DNA from: Ptychomitrium polyphyllum
Lineage: Eukaryota
Direction of reading: 5' to 3'
Assembly: GCA_973851085.1 (NCBI GenBank)
Contig: OZ316775.1
Span: 186,001 to 250,000 of the forward strand
Length of the DNA: 64,000 nt
A program made the position numbers and the translations under genes. This document shows positions 1-14,555 of the stretch, one piece after another (position 1 is the first letter of the stretch; every line of letters begins with the position of its first letter). Under the pieces are notes generated by a model that saw only the letters and a list, made by a program, of their open reading frames with translations, did no database searches and was not told the origin of the DNA.

Positions 1-2333
1 AATTTCATAGCTTACACTCTGGTTGGTCATGCAACACTTGCGTAAGGCCAAGGTACCAAGACACCAGCCTCATAGTCTCCTACATTTGCTTCAAGTGCCA
101 AAGTATCCATAGTTGTCATTAGCAACGGATTTTGTTATGGACCTTCTAAACTCCGATTCTAAAGATTCTATTTTGGTAGTGGTAGATTAATTTATCAAGA
201 TGGCACATTTCATTCCATACAAAAAGACAATAACGGAAGAAAAATTTGCCAAGTTGTTTTCAAATCACGTCTACCGCATACATAAACTACCAAATGATAT
301 TGCATCCAATGAAGGGCCATAGTCCATTTCCAACTTTTGGAAGTCTCTATTCCAGCTATTGCGCACAAAGATCAACTTTTCTTCAACACACCATCCACAA
401 ATTGATGGTCACACCGAACGTGTGAATCAAACTACCAACAAGACAACTAAATAGACCTCTTACCTTTGGCAGAGTTTGTTTATAATAATACAATGCATTC
501 TTCAACAACTCAAAGCTCAACTCAATGCAAACTATGGCCATCATCTAAGAGTAGATCCATTTCAAGTGAAGCATGTTGGAAGTCCTATAGTAGAAGATAT
601 TGCAACTCAACTTGCTAAAATCCACCAAGAATTTGCTTTTTGAGTACAACAAGCTTAAGATTGGTACAAAACTTATACAGATCATCAGTGGAAGGACTAT
701 CTAAAGTTCAAAGTTGGAGATAACATATGGCTCCTATGACAAAACATACAAATAAAAAGACCGTAAAAGAAGGTGGATTATCAAAGGCTGGAACTATTCA
801 AAATCAACAAACAGATAAATCCGGTCAGTTATCGCCTCAAACTACCACCAATCATGCAAAGTCATCTAGTGTTCCACGCATCATTGTTGGAAACCTATAA
901 TAAGTCAAGTATACTAGAGAGGATTGTCTCTCTGCCTCCTCCGGTGGAAATCAATAACAAAATGGAGTATGAAATTGAAGAGATCTTGAATTCACGCATC
1001 AAAAATGAACATGTGGAGTACCTTATACATTGGCAAGGATATGACATCAAAAACTAAACATGGGAACCTTTGATGAACATAACAATTACATCTGACAAGG
1101 TACACAAATTTTATCAAAGTTATCCTCAAAAACTAGGTCACTGATGACGTATTAGCAATAGCCGTTAGCTTTACAAAGAAGATTTTTCTATAGACAAGTA
1201 TAAGAAAAGAGGAGAGATTTCCAAACCTCCAATTGTATACAGCATTAATTTCAAGCTAGATCATCTTTAAATCTTAGCTAGTATGTAAAATCTTTGTGTT
1301 ATCATGGATATGCGTAAAGAGTAGCCGGCCAAACCTTCTTCAACAGCAACATTATTGAACCAACTCAACTCCTCAACCTTTAGCACTGGAGGATTGAAGC
1401 CAAGATATGAGAGAAACATTTGAATGTCAAGTGCAACCTTGTGTAGAAGTATATGCTAGTCGCCCTTCACATTCTAGTGTTGATGTTGATGCTTGAGTTC
1501 TAATCATTCTGTTAGAAGTTGGAAAAGTCACTCTTGGAAGAGTCGAAATCTTGTTTGGAGGATGTTTTGAAGGATTTAATCAAAATCAAATCTTAGGCTG
1601 GGGCATTTTAACAACAAAAGTCTTAGCTAGGGATCATTGGCATTTCTTATAAAGACCAGCTGAATTGGTGGGCAAAGAACAACGAGCAGAATATGTTGCT
1701 TCTCTTCTTCAGCAAATTTTGAAATTTGTGGAGATATGAGAAGCAAGCCACAAGAAGAGCTCCTCATGGAATTCATCGCTAGAGAAGGAAGTGATATTAC
1801 GGACATAGATCATGCAATATAATCTTTAAATCCTTCTAGAACCTTCTAGTATATATATAATAACTTCTTGGAATATTTTTAATGTTGCCATAGCCATTTC
1901 TATATCTTTAGGAAATTTTGTGGGAAAGTTCCACCACCTCAAGTAACTTCCTTGGAAAGTTCCATCACCTTAGAAAATTTTCATGAAGGTTTTATCACTA
2001 TATAGAATTTCCTTTGAAGGTTCCACCACCTTTGGAAACTTTCAAGGAAGGTTTTGACATCTTTGGAAACTTCTGAGAAAGATTTCATGAACTTCTAGAA
2101 CATTCTTAAGCTTTGTAGGAAGCTTCTTGAGAAGTATTCTAGAAGATACAAGCATCATAGTGTAAATGGAAGGCAAGACAACGTACACATTAGTCTTGCC
2201 AACACAAATTGTGCATCGTATTATATTCTGCCTTGTTTTAGTCTTTGGATCAGTTCTTGTTAACCATTAGCTCTTTGGAAGTTAATTCTTGGGAAACACC
2301 TTAATTCTGCTTTTTGTTTCTTGTATCCTAACA
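1..2333 (+). mobile_element. 3' part of a decayed chromoviral Ty3/Gypsy element (integrase, chromodomain, PPT, 3' LTR 1795-2333)
   Basis: Degenerate integrase (HPQIDGHTERVNQ) and chromodomain (EYEIEEILNSR...EYLIHWQGY). Purine tract agagaaggaagtga precedes an LTR starting t(a)ttacggac and ending ...aaca. The LTR carries ~31-bp internal tandem repeats. Confidence 0.85.
46..1876 (+). repeat. 1.83-kb near-identical direct duplicate of 58307-60137
   Basis: Constant offset 58261 (ORF 773-1057 = 59034-59318). One substitution seen (67 g vs 58328 a). Identity drops to diverged homology at both ends. Confidence 0.95.
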
Positions 2334-2339
2334 GTAATT

Positions 2340-2800
2340 AAGGGGAAGACTTGGTGGATGTAATATTGGGGCTTCACCACGGAGATTTCCACACCATCGT
2401 GAGTCAGTGGATGGCCGGTTTTATAAAGGGAAGTAGTGAGTTTTCAAGTATACACGGGGTATCATTATTTTGAGGTAGTGTCTTTACGCCGGCACTATGG
2501 TGGCCTTAGGTGATTATGGAATCACATGGGAATCATGAGTAATGGTGACGAAATACCACTAAATGCAATTAGGCCATATGAAAAGGGAGTAATACTAAAT
2601 GAGGTCTTGGACATGAATGGAAGTCTGCACTTAACCATTGGCTACCAACTAATTGGATGTTCTAAAAAAAATAAGTAAGAAGAATTTGAAACCAAGTTTG
2701 AAGCTTGGAAAGTAAAAATGGAGGCTAACCATGTGCATGTGAGGGTTCTCAAGGTTGGCGTACGTAACGCTTGTTAAAGTGCATTATAAGAATTACAACA
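2340..2800 (+). mobile_element. Truncated 3' portion of a ~1.15-kb Gypsy LTR (same family as 32435-33577)
   Basis: Clear similarity to ~33150-33577 (e.g. ttggacatgaatggaagtctgcacttaaccattggcta). Ends in ...acaaca at 2800. Confidence 0.8.
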
Positions 2801-3665
2801 ATAATTTTTTTTCTTGCAGTTTTGAAATAATATACTTGTAAATGTTATATGTTAAATGTTATATAACTTAAGAGAATTTATACTTTCTCTTTTGTATATC
2901 CACCTTTGATAAATGTTATTTTTGTTATTTCTACTATTATATGATATTTCTATTAGTATAGTATTTACAAATAATCATATTTATATGCAGTTAGATGAAA
3001 ATGAATAAAATTTGGATAAAGATTTAGGATATTTTTTATGTAGTCTCCTTTTATTAATATAAATTATATTAAAAAACCATCTATACCCTTTTTTTAATCA
3101 AATGGTACAAACAAATAATGAAATTCAAGATGAGAAAGATGAAATAACATAGTTGACGTAACCACCTCCATAAGTTAAATTTTCAATTGTACCTAAAACA
3201 TTTTAGCTCCTTCACTTATATTAAACAACAACTTATGATAGTTGATCATTTTAGTTCCAAACTAAAATTTATTTAAAAGGATTTAACAACACTATAGGCA
3301 CCAGTTCACCTCTAGGGGTTAACAACCGAGGCCAGCTTGATGAAATTCAACACAGAACATGAGAAATATTTTGATGAACCACATTAAACACATAGGGCAA
3401 TACAACATCCAAATAACTTGATACAGATATCTTCGTTGTGCTCTGCTCCCAGATGTTCTGATGTGTGTTGAATTATGTACTTATCTTACAAAAATGAAAT
3501 CATGATCACACATGTTCATCAACGCCCTTGATCTGTGTATCTAACTGATACACCAATCGACACATGTGACTGCTCAAGGTGTATGCTGTGGTGATCCAGT
3601 AATCTGGGAAGATGAACCACTTTTGGAGAATTTGAGCTGGTGCACCTTTAACAACTAGAATACAG

Positions 3666-6600
3666 TTAATCCCTAGGTTCCAAGGTGACATCTACACCCA
3701 CTTTTCGGTCCCCACGGAGCACCTCCAATTTCACCTGTTCCTCAACAACACAAGACAGAATTGTAAGCTTGTATAGGCTCAGTCGTAGAAGAAGAAAGAA
3801 TTTAATCAGAATCATACAATCAAGTACAACTTCCACAATTACCAAGAAGAACGCTAATCAAACAAAGGCCATGTTCAACATAAGAGGACTAAGTATTTGA
3901 AAATCACTATACCGTATCTCCGACTTTACAACGGTCCAGAATCTTGTAGAGGTCACTGCCATTGGAAATTTTCTTCCCGTTCACCGATGTAATAACATCT
4001 CCAAGCACCAGGCGGCCGTAGGAGTCCCGTGTAGTTGGCCTTAGTCCCTGTACCCAATAGAAAAAAATCATCAGAATGGTACCAAAATACCAACATGTGG
4101 GGCATACCAAAATCACAAATACCATTTCCAGATTAATAAGAATAATGGCATAGACCATGAGTTTCAAGAGAGAACAAAAGTATGCTCCGTGTTAAAATTC
4201 CAATTATAGTATCAAAATCAATTACAAAGGCTTAAAAGGCATCTTCAAATCACCTACGATCCAGAATCAAGCCTTCTCACCCATGAACAATACTAAAACA
4301 ATGTGAAAATCAATCAACAAAGTAATTATATAGAGAATTGAATGCCAGAGTATATAATCAAACACCAAAGAGTGGTAAAGTCGAGTCCCCCCAAAAACTT
4401 AGTATTAGGAACTTACTGCTTTTCCTGCTGGGCCATTCGGTGGGGCATCCAGCACAAGCACACCGCTAACACCCAACTGTTCTACAGATTGCTCTGGTGC
4501 AAATGAGATTCCCAACACGGGACGGGTCACCTTTCCAAATTTCACAATTTGATCCACAATTCCACTCACCTGGGCATAACAATCCAAAATTCTTAAATCA
4601 GCTTTTTAATCAAGTTGCGTCATTCACAGGTGGGGTTGTAAACTTAGAGCATAACACCTGAGAACGTTGATCTGTCTCTGAATATAGTGAAAACTTACCG
4701 TGTCAACAGGTATTGAGAATCCCACACCGGACGATGCACCAGATGGTGAATATATGGCAGTATTTATACCAATAAGGTTACCAGAACTATCTAATAAAGG
4801 ACCTCCACTATTGCCGGGATTAATTGCTGCATCAGTTTGAATGACGTCCTGAATAGGTCGCCCAGTTGCTGCCGAGCTGATTTCTCTCCGTAAACCACTG
4901 CACCCAATAGTAATCACATGAATTAGTTCATAATTCCTAAATCAAGTTTGTAACAACATGTGGCTTTAGTCCCACAAAAAAAGTTAAAAATTATCTTAGC
5001 AGAAGCTTAAGTAGGGCTTTCGTTAGTACCTTATCACTCCAGTGGTAAGTGTGTGGTCGAGCCCAAACTGCCCCAAAATTTCAACGACAGTGGTATTAAA
5101 GTTGTAATAGTAGGAACTACGAAGGTACACATTTACAAAATCATAACTAAGACGGTTGCACGAAACATGCTTAAAAGGAATCAAATCTTAGCAGTGCATT
5201 AAAGCACAAATGGTAAATAGGAAGAATATAAGTACCGGATTGCCAATTGCAAATACTTTCTGACCCACAAGCAGGTCATAAGAGCTGCCCACAGGCAGTG
5301 GCCGCAGCTTGTCGTCAGGTGCATCAATATGTAATACTGCCACATCCTTGTCCTCGTCATACCCAACTACATCCGCCTCATATACAGACTGATCGCCCAG
5401 CGTCACTCTATTACAATACAAGATTCGCCTTTAGAGACCATTCAAAAGTAAACTAGGCTCATACCTAATTTGCAACAAAATTCCTAGCGGAGGGTAATGC
5501 TAAACTCTAATAGATCCCAGAGGGCTACAAAAGATGAGTTTTCTAAGGAGGTGCAACGACATAAGGTAAAGTATATGAGCAATTTACAAAAAAGTGGAGC
5601 AACATTTGAATCACACCTTAGATCTGACGCCCCACGGATGACGTGGTAATTTGTGACAACGTGGCCATTCTTGTCCCAGATGAACCCTGATCCTGAGCCT
5701 TGCGGCACTGACATCACATCTAAAGTAAAAACATCTCTCCTGCAAACCACATCCGTAAACCCATTCTCAACACCACTATCTTTCCTTCTATACACACCAC
5801 AAACTCACATTGCAAATCGTCCTTAGCTTGTCACTTTGAAATAATAGTGATGAAAACCCTCCATTTCCTGAACTTGAATTCGTACACTCAACATGACGAT
5901 GCAAGATAGAATTTACTGACACCGAAACTTAACGAGTTGTACAATCGCAAGGTGCATTTCCTCTAACGTCTTTCAGCTCACTTCTTTTTTAATGCCTAGG
6001 ACTACCAATCTGCCCAGAATTACAAGTATACAACTGAACCCTAAACGCAATGAGATAATGATTCAGGAAACGTTATACATATGTTTGTCAAATACAGTAA
6101 TCTCAATAATTACTAGAGTATGTCAAGTTCCGACACTGATTTCAACAGAAAGGAAACCACAGGCACATACTTCGCTAGCATAAGAATTGAAATACTCCCT
6201 TTCATTATTTGCAATCCTGTAATAATATCCACAGAATCCTCTGACATTGGAAACGGGGCTGTATTTACATAGCGCATCAATTTATGCTCATGTTTGACGA
6301 GACGAACTTGGTGATTGACATGAGGTGAACTAATAGATTATCCGAAATTCAAAGCGTTCAACATTGAAAATTGGGTACATACCGGACAGCGAGATTGGTA
6401 ATATACACAACGGAGGGCGTGTTATCCTGGAACAGCTGCACAGTGGCCAGCTCGTCGCCTCGCAACTTCCGAGGCGCCATGACAGCAGCCATGGCATCCA
6501 GGGGCGCGCTCGTCAGCAACACCACCACAATCGCAGCTGAAGTCACCCACACCGCTGCTGAAGACGACGCCGTGACCAGCTTGGCCACCAAGGAGCCCCA

Positions 6601-6990
6601 CACTACTCTCCCCTCACCCCACAGCCTGTCCCCGAATCCCCGACACAAATCCTTGCCCACACCCGACCCCGACGCCTCACACTCCTCCCGCCCACTAATG
6701 CCCACCTCCACCGCTGCTGCTGCTGCTCCTGCATCTTCCGCGTCCACACATCCCCGCAGCTCCACGTCCCTGGTCCTCTCACTCCTAGCTACAATCCCTA
6801 CCAATCTGGGAACCGTGGAACCCAGCTCGAATCGACGGCCCAATCTGGAATTCACCACTAAATTCACACCGAAAAACCTAGTGCGCTTGCGCAACACTCC
6901 AGCTAACGGTGCGAAGCGACCACCATTGCCTGCATTGGGTGCACATGCAACGATAGGGTGCGGAGCTGCGTGGGTCACCGAGAGCGCCAT
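3666..6990 (-). CDS. DEG1: Chloroplast thylakoid-lumen Deg/HtrA serine protease (Deg1/DegP1-type), 8 exons, ~498 aa
   Basis: GT-AG exons read by hand: 6990-6383, 5739-5617, 5407-5236, 5067-5030, 4897-4699, 4569-4417, 4047-3913, 3734-3666. They total 1497 nt in frame and end in TAA. Catalytic motifs: VVTNYHV (His), DKDVAVL (Asp), [13 protein letters not shown] (Ser). A C-terminal PDZ domain follows ([12 protein letters not shown]). The N-terminus is a long bipartite transit peptide with a hydrophobic stretch ending in A-M-A. Confidence 0.95.
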
Positions 6991-7740
6991 AGCCAAACTC
7001 GGGTGCAAGGAGCGACAATAACGCAGTCAGTGGGCTCTGGGTGTGCGGGGGGGGGGCGGGGGGGGGCAATCCAGCCACAAGGGGGATCACACACATGGAG
7101 CTGCACACACCTGCTGGACGCTGGACGCTAGACGCTGGACGCGGGTGGGGCGTGGGTGGGTAGGAGCGCGCATGCGCATTCGTATGGCCATGGGCTGGGC
7201 TGGGCGATGGCTTGGGCCACCGCCAGGAGCTGCACCCCCCTGCGTCCAGCATGGCAGCATGTCTGCACCCCTCTCCGCTTTCCCTTCCAATTTGTGCCCC
7301 CAGCATTCCCGGGCCTTGTGTCGCACCCGCGAGTTACAGTAATACCACCCAGTTACAATCGTGACCCCTTGAAGTTTGAGTACTAAGATCTCAGAGCTGG
7401 AGTTGTGACACCCTAAAATTAGAGTGGGGACACCTTAGAGTACTTGTGTAGAATCTGGGACTTGAGATTGGCGTTAGTTCGGATGATACCACAAGGGGTT
7501 GGTAGAAAAACCAAGCCATGTGGATGGCAATCGAGGTGAAGATTGTTGCTTCCTTAAGAAAAACCAAACTTGCAGTTACAAATTGTCTGCCATGGAGCCA
7601 GTTTTAATGATCATACTTAATCTTAGATATAAGTCAGACATGCTGCCATGCTAGACATAATCTTAGATCTAAGTTTTTGAAATTAATTATATGTTGGATG
7701 TGCATGTTAATGGTCAGTTATAGATTGACACTTTGGATTA

Positions 7741-9570
7741 GTAACCCTCTTAAACTAAGTGCTTGGTAACTACTACTTCATAGTTGGTAATTGGTACTCA
7801 ATAGTTGATAGTAAGGATTGGTTACTATTAAAGGAAAATTACAAGAAATCTTCCAACAAAGTGTTTAGGAAGAAATGATCTTTGCTCGGTAATTTGTCCT
7901 TAGTAATTAATAATTGATAATCAATTGTCAATAATCAACAACCAACAAGATTTTCATTTAAAATTTATATAAACATTAGTTAGGTTAATTGTTCTAATAA
8001 AGTAGTGCCGTCTTCAAAAGTGGCATGTAATTATTACTCTAGGATAGTTTATAATTTAAAGTCGATAGTTAGCAAATTCTATGTATGCTTTTCAAACCCT
8101 AATCAAGTTAATCTTATATTTTCTCTTCTTTTGTTTCTGGATCATTAAGTAAGTTAGCAAAGTGCTAATCTTTTATTGTTATTTTAAGACCAATTTGAGA
8201 GTTATTTGTTTATTCTATAGATTAGGATTCTAGTGTAGTTTTCAATTAAGGAATGCTTAGCTGATCATTAAGTGAACAATGACTAATCAGCTGAAAGATA
8301 CTTAAAGTAATATTTCTATCTTTAATATTTGGCAACCACCACAAAAACAAATCCTTGTTTTTTTTAGGTTTAGTTTTTTTTTGAATAGAGAATCAATAGT
8401 CTTGTTAGCACTTCCAATCCTTCTTTTCTTAGTTTACTAACCAATGGCTACTCAAACTCCGCTTGCATTATACTCCACTATTTTTGTTTTTTCTTCATTT
8501 TCAATTAAATTCTTCTTCCATTGTTTTCTTGACTTTGGACTCCATCACTTTGTTTGGCCATCTCTTCCCTCCTAACTTGGCTATCATTCCATTACTCAAT
8601 TCTCTTTTTGTTTACTAGTGTTGAAATAAGATATTGCTAAAGAATACAAATATGTTTGGTAGGAGTTTATAATAATTGTTATTTTCAGTGAATTTGTAAG
8701 TGTATGTAACAAATTTAAGGGAAAATTTTAGCAATAAGACCAATTCCGACATTGGCATTGCACACCACTTAGATCCGCATATAAATTGCTTAAGTGTTCT
8801 TGTAATTCATAGTGGAGATTTAGAGTTTGTGGGTGTATCCATTAAACATAAATAATATTTTTTAAAGAAGACCTCCAACGTACTTCACAACAAGTTCTAC
8901 AAGCGCCAAAGCCCAAGTCCTCGTATTGGCCCATAATCAATTACTTGCAAAGCACTCCATCGTTACCAACACATCTATTAACAATTGGTTATGAATCAAT
9001 AACTGAGGTTGGTAATCTCCTTAATCTGAGTACTTGGTAATCAATATTTAATAGTCAATAATTGGTACTTGGCAGTTGAAGGTTAGGATTGGTTGTTTTA
9101 GAAAAAAATTACAAGAAATCTTTCAACAAAGTACTCAATAAAGAATGATCATTGCTTGGTATTTTTTCCTCATTTTTTTGGTAATTTTTCCTCATTAAGT
9201 GACCATTTATAATCAGACTTCTATAATCAACAACCGACAAGACTACTAATTGAGATTTATATATATATTAATAAAAAAATTAATATTTTAAAGCAATATT
9301 GTCTTTAAAAGCAACATATAACTATTGCTTCACAATAATTTATAGTTTAAAGTCCAAAGCTAGCAAATTCTATAAATGCTTTTAAAACCTAATCAAATAT
9401 TTATTGCATTTTTTTTTTTTTTTTTTGCATCACTAAGTACATTAGAAGAATATTAGCCCTTAATTGGTGGTATATAACTCATTTGCTAGTTGTTTTATTT
9501 ATATTACAAGTTGAGATTGCAATATAGACTACAGTGGCTAAAAAATACTCAAAAGAATATTTGTGTCTTT
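7741..9570. repeat. Old diverged direct repeat pair (~7741-8320 and ~9012-9570)
   Basis: Shared blocks such as aaaattacaagaaatctt(c/t)caacaaagt and tagcaaattctat at an offset of ~1.26-1.29 kb. Roughly 70% identity by eye. Probably TE remnants. Confidence 0.6.
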
Positions 9571-11180
9571 AACAGTTATTTTGTGACTATAGAATTCTAG
9601 GCTAATCAATTCATTTAAAGCTTATTTAGTGGTTATAAATTATTTAAAGTTGAAGTATTGGAATAAAGTCATTAATGTATTTAATTATTAGTTCAAAAAC
9701 ATGTTGTTGTGATGTAGTTAGCTGAATGGTTTAAAATTCAGTTGATATTTTATTATTTTATAGATTTGAATTTATTGTGTTTAGAAACGAGTATTAGAAG
9801 AAAAAAATTAGAGAAAAGAGATTAAAGAGAATTTGGAATTGAAATTGCATCTTGTTTTAGCTCAGGATTTGAAACTGATTGATTGCAGTGCTTTCCTCTC
9901 TACCATTCTTAATAGTACTATTAAATTATATGCCATTATTCTATTCAACAAATTTGAGAAGAATAAAATTTAGATTAGTTTAGCAACTTAAATTTATCAT
10001 GACAACCAAGTTTGTAATTTAATATTTAATTCTACCTTAACAATATCTTTATTTTAATCTTACTTCTTATTAAATTCTAATTTTTTTCCTGATTTTTTCC
10101 TATTATTTTAGTTTTTTTTTCTACTTTGAATTAACCTTCTTTTCTTCTTTTCTCTTGGCTTCTTCTACTTGGATAAAAAACAATTTTTATCTTGGAAATA
10201 GTTCATTGTACACTTCTTAGTTCGACTTGATTTTTATTGAATTTGTTTTTTTCTCTTATAAACTTTTTAAAAAGTCATCACAAGCTCTATTTGGAATTAG
10301 TATATGAACGTGGCTCTAATTTGAATAAAATAAAGGCAGTTGCTTTGAATTTTTGGAAGAAACTACTTTGAATGCTTATAACTGCTTGTAGAAACGTTTT
10401 TTGTTGATAAAACTCAATGATTTAAGATAATATCTTGAAAACTTCAAGATTCTAATGTATAAATTTTAAAAACAAATAACTTATGGAGTGGAAGATATAA
10501 AAGAAAGTGCAACAGAGATTTTAAGGCCTCTATACAACAAAGTTTATAGTTGCACATTTTGGACCATTGGAAATGACTGAAAGAATTATTAAAACTAATA
10601 TTTTGGTGAAATATTTATTGTAATATAAATAATATGCAAATAAAATTTGAAGTCTAGATTTGTGGTAGAAAAAGGAATTATGGAATAATATAATAAAAAA
10701 AACCTACAAGCTATGGCATTGGAGAGCAAAAACATTAAAGATATGATTCTTGGCAAATTCTTAGACTATGGTAAAGAAAATTTTAAAAGTTGCATTTAAA
10801 TACAATAAGATTATAATAATCAAAATTCTAAAACCTTTACTCTTAAAGAAATAGATAGAAATGCAAATCAAATTTGCTTAAAAGAAGAAAGATAGAAAAC
10901 TAAATGGAAATTTGGGCTCATTAAAAATAATAGGAAAAAAGTTTAAAAGTAGGAATTTGAGCTGTAGAAATAACTAATAAAATACCAAACATTGTAGCTC
11001 TTAATATATAATGAAAGTTATAAAAAACTTATATTTGATTCATTTGTTGCAAAAAAACCTAGTGGTTCTTATAGCTATTACTCGCATCACAACAATGTGA
11101 AAGGTTGTAACTTAAAGATCTTGTATAGAACGTTTGTTAAAAAATAAAGTAAAAATATGTATATCCCTGACAATGACTCT

Positions 11181-11973
11181 TTGTCATGTATATCACAATT
11201 TATCCCTATTGCTAAGAACTTCCTTGAACAAAAGGTAATTGGGTGGAGTCTCCCGTCTTCATCATACTGTGAGATTACTGAGCCAAACACAAAATCTGAG
11301 GCATCTGCTTCCAAATAGAAAGTCTTTGACGGATTTGGATGAATAAAAATTGGAACTGATGTGAATGACTTCTTAAGACCTTGAAATGTTCTTTTTGCCT
11401 CTTTATTTCAAGTGAAGTTTTGCTTTTGCGTAGGTTATGTCAACGGTGTTGCAATCTTGAGATAGTCCTTGGTGAATATTCATGTAGAAGTTTGCAAATT
11501 CCAACAAGCACTGAAAATCTCAAATTGATCTTGGCGTACTCAACTCCATGACAATGCTTGTTCTCTTCTCATCTACATGGATTCTTTGTGTGGAGATGAT
11601 GAAGCCTAAAAATTCAACCAAAGATTCATGTAAAAGATATTTCTCCAATTTGGCATACAATCCTTGCTAGCGTAGTTTTTCTAAGACTAGTGGTACATGA
11701 CATTTGTGGTTGTGTTCATCCATTGAATATATCAAAATATCATCCAAATAAATGATTACAAAATCGTCCAAGTGTTCATGGAAGATATCATTCATCATGT
11801 GTTGGAAGATTGCAGGGTCATTAATAAGGCCAAAAGGCAAGACATTGTATTCAAAATGGCCCTACCTAGATCAAAAGACTATTTTCCATTTCTCTTTCTT
11901 TGTTGAATACAAAATTGTAGGCTCTCCAAGATCAATCTTGGTGAGCATCTTTGCTTGGCAAAATTGTTATATG
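11181..11973 (-). mobile_element. Truncated RT/RNase H fragment of Gypsy element B (copy of 56860-57652)
   Basis: Minus-strand LEADASDFVFGSVISQYDEDGRLHPI and YLDDILIY motifs. Cut abruptly at 11181. Confidence 0.85.
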
Positions 11974-14555
11974 TGTCACGGACATATATATTAGAAGTAT
12001 CTAGAAAGGTTCTTAGAAGATTTAAGAAGCTTCCAAAGAAGTTTCTTTGACTTACGAAAGTGCCAAGCAAGTTACCTTGAGTTTAGAAAGCTTCCAAGGA
12101 AGTTGTCTTGGCTTAGGAAACTTCCAAGGAAGCAACTCTGAGTTGCTTGAGTATGAAGCAATGTAGGTGAAGCTTTACAAGAAGCTTTTAAGAGTTGTAG
12201 TTCTAGTATATATAGGAGTTGAGGCTGAGGAACTCTTCAGTCTTGACATCGCATCTAGTGTGGTCTAGTTCAGACCTTTTGGCCTTGTCTTTTGTACCTT
12301 TTTGTAGCTCTTTATTTCTAATATACTTAGAATTACCTTGTTCCACATCTTGGAATTCTGAAAGCCCTATTTTGAGGTTACTTTGTCCATAATAATTTGT
12401 CAAGACTGTCATACAACAATATCAGAGCTTGGTCTTTTTTGATAGAGAGCAGATTACTTTTCTTTCTTGAAAGCACTATAGTACTCTAGGGGTTGCGGAT
12501 TACCCTCCTCTAGACTGATATGACCCCTTGAATTGTCTTTGGTTTCTTGTATAGTTAGCAGGTTCTAATTTGTTCCTACTTCATATCTATGCCAGGGAGT
12601 GAAGAAGATAATATGATTGATTCAAAAGAAACAAAGTTAGATTCCATTATCAATGCCCTTGAAGCATTGAGGATCAAAACCAAAACTTTATTCAAGCAAA
12701 TCGAAGAACTATATTTGATCAAACACAATAGTCAAGGAGCAAAAACATTGCAATTGCTATTCCAATCCAACTCAAGTGCTTCACTGTTCAGACCTGCTTT
12801 AGTAGATGACAAACAAGTTTAAGCTAGGGATTCAATGTCAACAACCAAAGAACCAAAAATTAGCCTTCCCAAGAAGTTTGATGGTACGTGTTCAAAATTT
12901 TGAGGCTTTGTAAACCAAGTTCAATTTGTTACCTTGCTTCAACCTCGGAGGTATCCTACAAACGCTTTGCGTGTTGGTTTAATAGGAACGTTGCTCTCAG
13001 GACAAGCATTGTCCTAGTTTGCAATATTTTTTGAAAAGAATTCCTCTATACTTAGTAACTTTGATGCATTCCTAGCCGCATTTGAAAAAGCATTTGGTGA
13101 CTATGACAAGCTTTGTTCTGCAATTACTAAGATTTGTACTTTACGCCAAGGGTCATGTTTTATATGAATTTATGCATCGGAATTTTGACAACTTGTATGC
13201 GACATAAATTGGAGAGAAGAAGCGTTGATGAGTTAATTTTATTAGAGCATACGCGATGAGGTTAAGGATTTATTGATATCCTTGCCAGATCTCTAAATAC
13301 TCGATGAGGCCATCAGCCAAGCTTTGAAGTCCAATAATTGTCTATTTCAACAACAACAAGATAAACAAACTTTGATTACATCTCAGCCTTATATCAACTT
13401 TTCAGTAGTTGCAGCCCTGATTACCTCTAATAAGTATTTGAGAGTGGAAGCCATGCAGATTGATGCGGTTGTCTTCAAGCCCCTTATTGAACATGTGAAG
13501 AAGCTGCAAAGGAAGCAAGGATTGTGTTTGCACTGTGCAAAATCTGACCACAAGGTTCATAATTTCCTAAAGAAACCTCCATGTATATATCGGAAGAGGG
13601 ATACAACCACAATGCCCAATATTGTGTAGGAAAATAAAGACATCTAGCCACAATGAGGCCATGCAACTGGATCCGCTTCTATTGCAAGAAAAAAAAAAGT
13701 CATGTTCTATTAGCCCATCCTTCATCTTCTTTTACTATACCTACTTGATTAAATGCTTAGAAGCTCAAAAACCTTACTCTAATCAATTCAGGAGCCTCTG
13801 CTTGCTTTATTGACAAAGAATTTACAAAAATCCATAAATTTCCTTCTATTAAAAAATCCAAACCCGTCCATGTAGACGTCATAGATGGTTGACCGTTATC
13901 TTTTGGAAATGTTATACATGAGACCAATCCATTAACAATAACATTGAACAACCATAGTAATGAAGTGATATTTAATATCATTAGGTTTCTATCAAGTGCC
14001 ACCATTCTAGGGCTTTCTTACTTTGAAAAGTACAACCCGCAGATAGATTGGGCATTCCGCAAAGTAAAATTTCCATCATTAGAATCTGTAACTACTAAGC
14101 CTACGGAGGAAGCTGAAGCATCTTATAGATTTAAGACCATAAAGCCTCTCTTTATTAGAATTAGAGCATTTATGAGAGCAGCAAAGATTGGTGCTTCTTT
14201 TGTTGTGTATGCAATTTCAACATTCAAAGTTGTGGCTTCATCATTCCAAAAAAATATAAAGAGTTTAATAATGTATTCAAAAAAAAGAATGCAGACACTC
14301 TATTAAAACATCATCCCTACAACTATACCATAGACCTCCAAAACAGCGCCTAGCCATCATTTGAACTTAATTGTAATCTATCCCAAAACGAGCTTTCATC
14401 ACTGAGGAAGTATAATGATAAAAGCTTAGCCAAGAACTTCATACGACATTCAAAATCTCCTATTGGTGTTCTAATACTTTTTGAAAAGAAAAAAAATGGA
14501 TCCTTACAAATGTGTGTCAATTACTACGGCCCCAACAAAATGACGATGAAGAACC

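Noticed and set aside
6371..7021. 216-aa plus-strand ORF antisense to DEG1 exon 1
   Set aside because: Shadow frame of a GC-rich coding exon; low-complexity S/T/P/A product with no motif.
9600..11150. AT-rich stretches (also ~34500-37500, 40600-42400, 61600-63300) as genes
   Set aside because: No credible ORFs or splice structure. They are probably very old TE debris that I cannot classify by eye.
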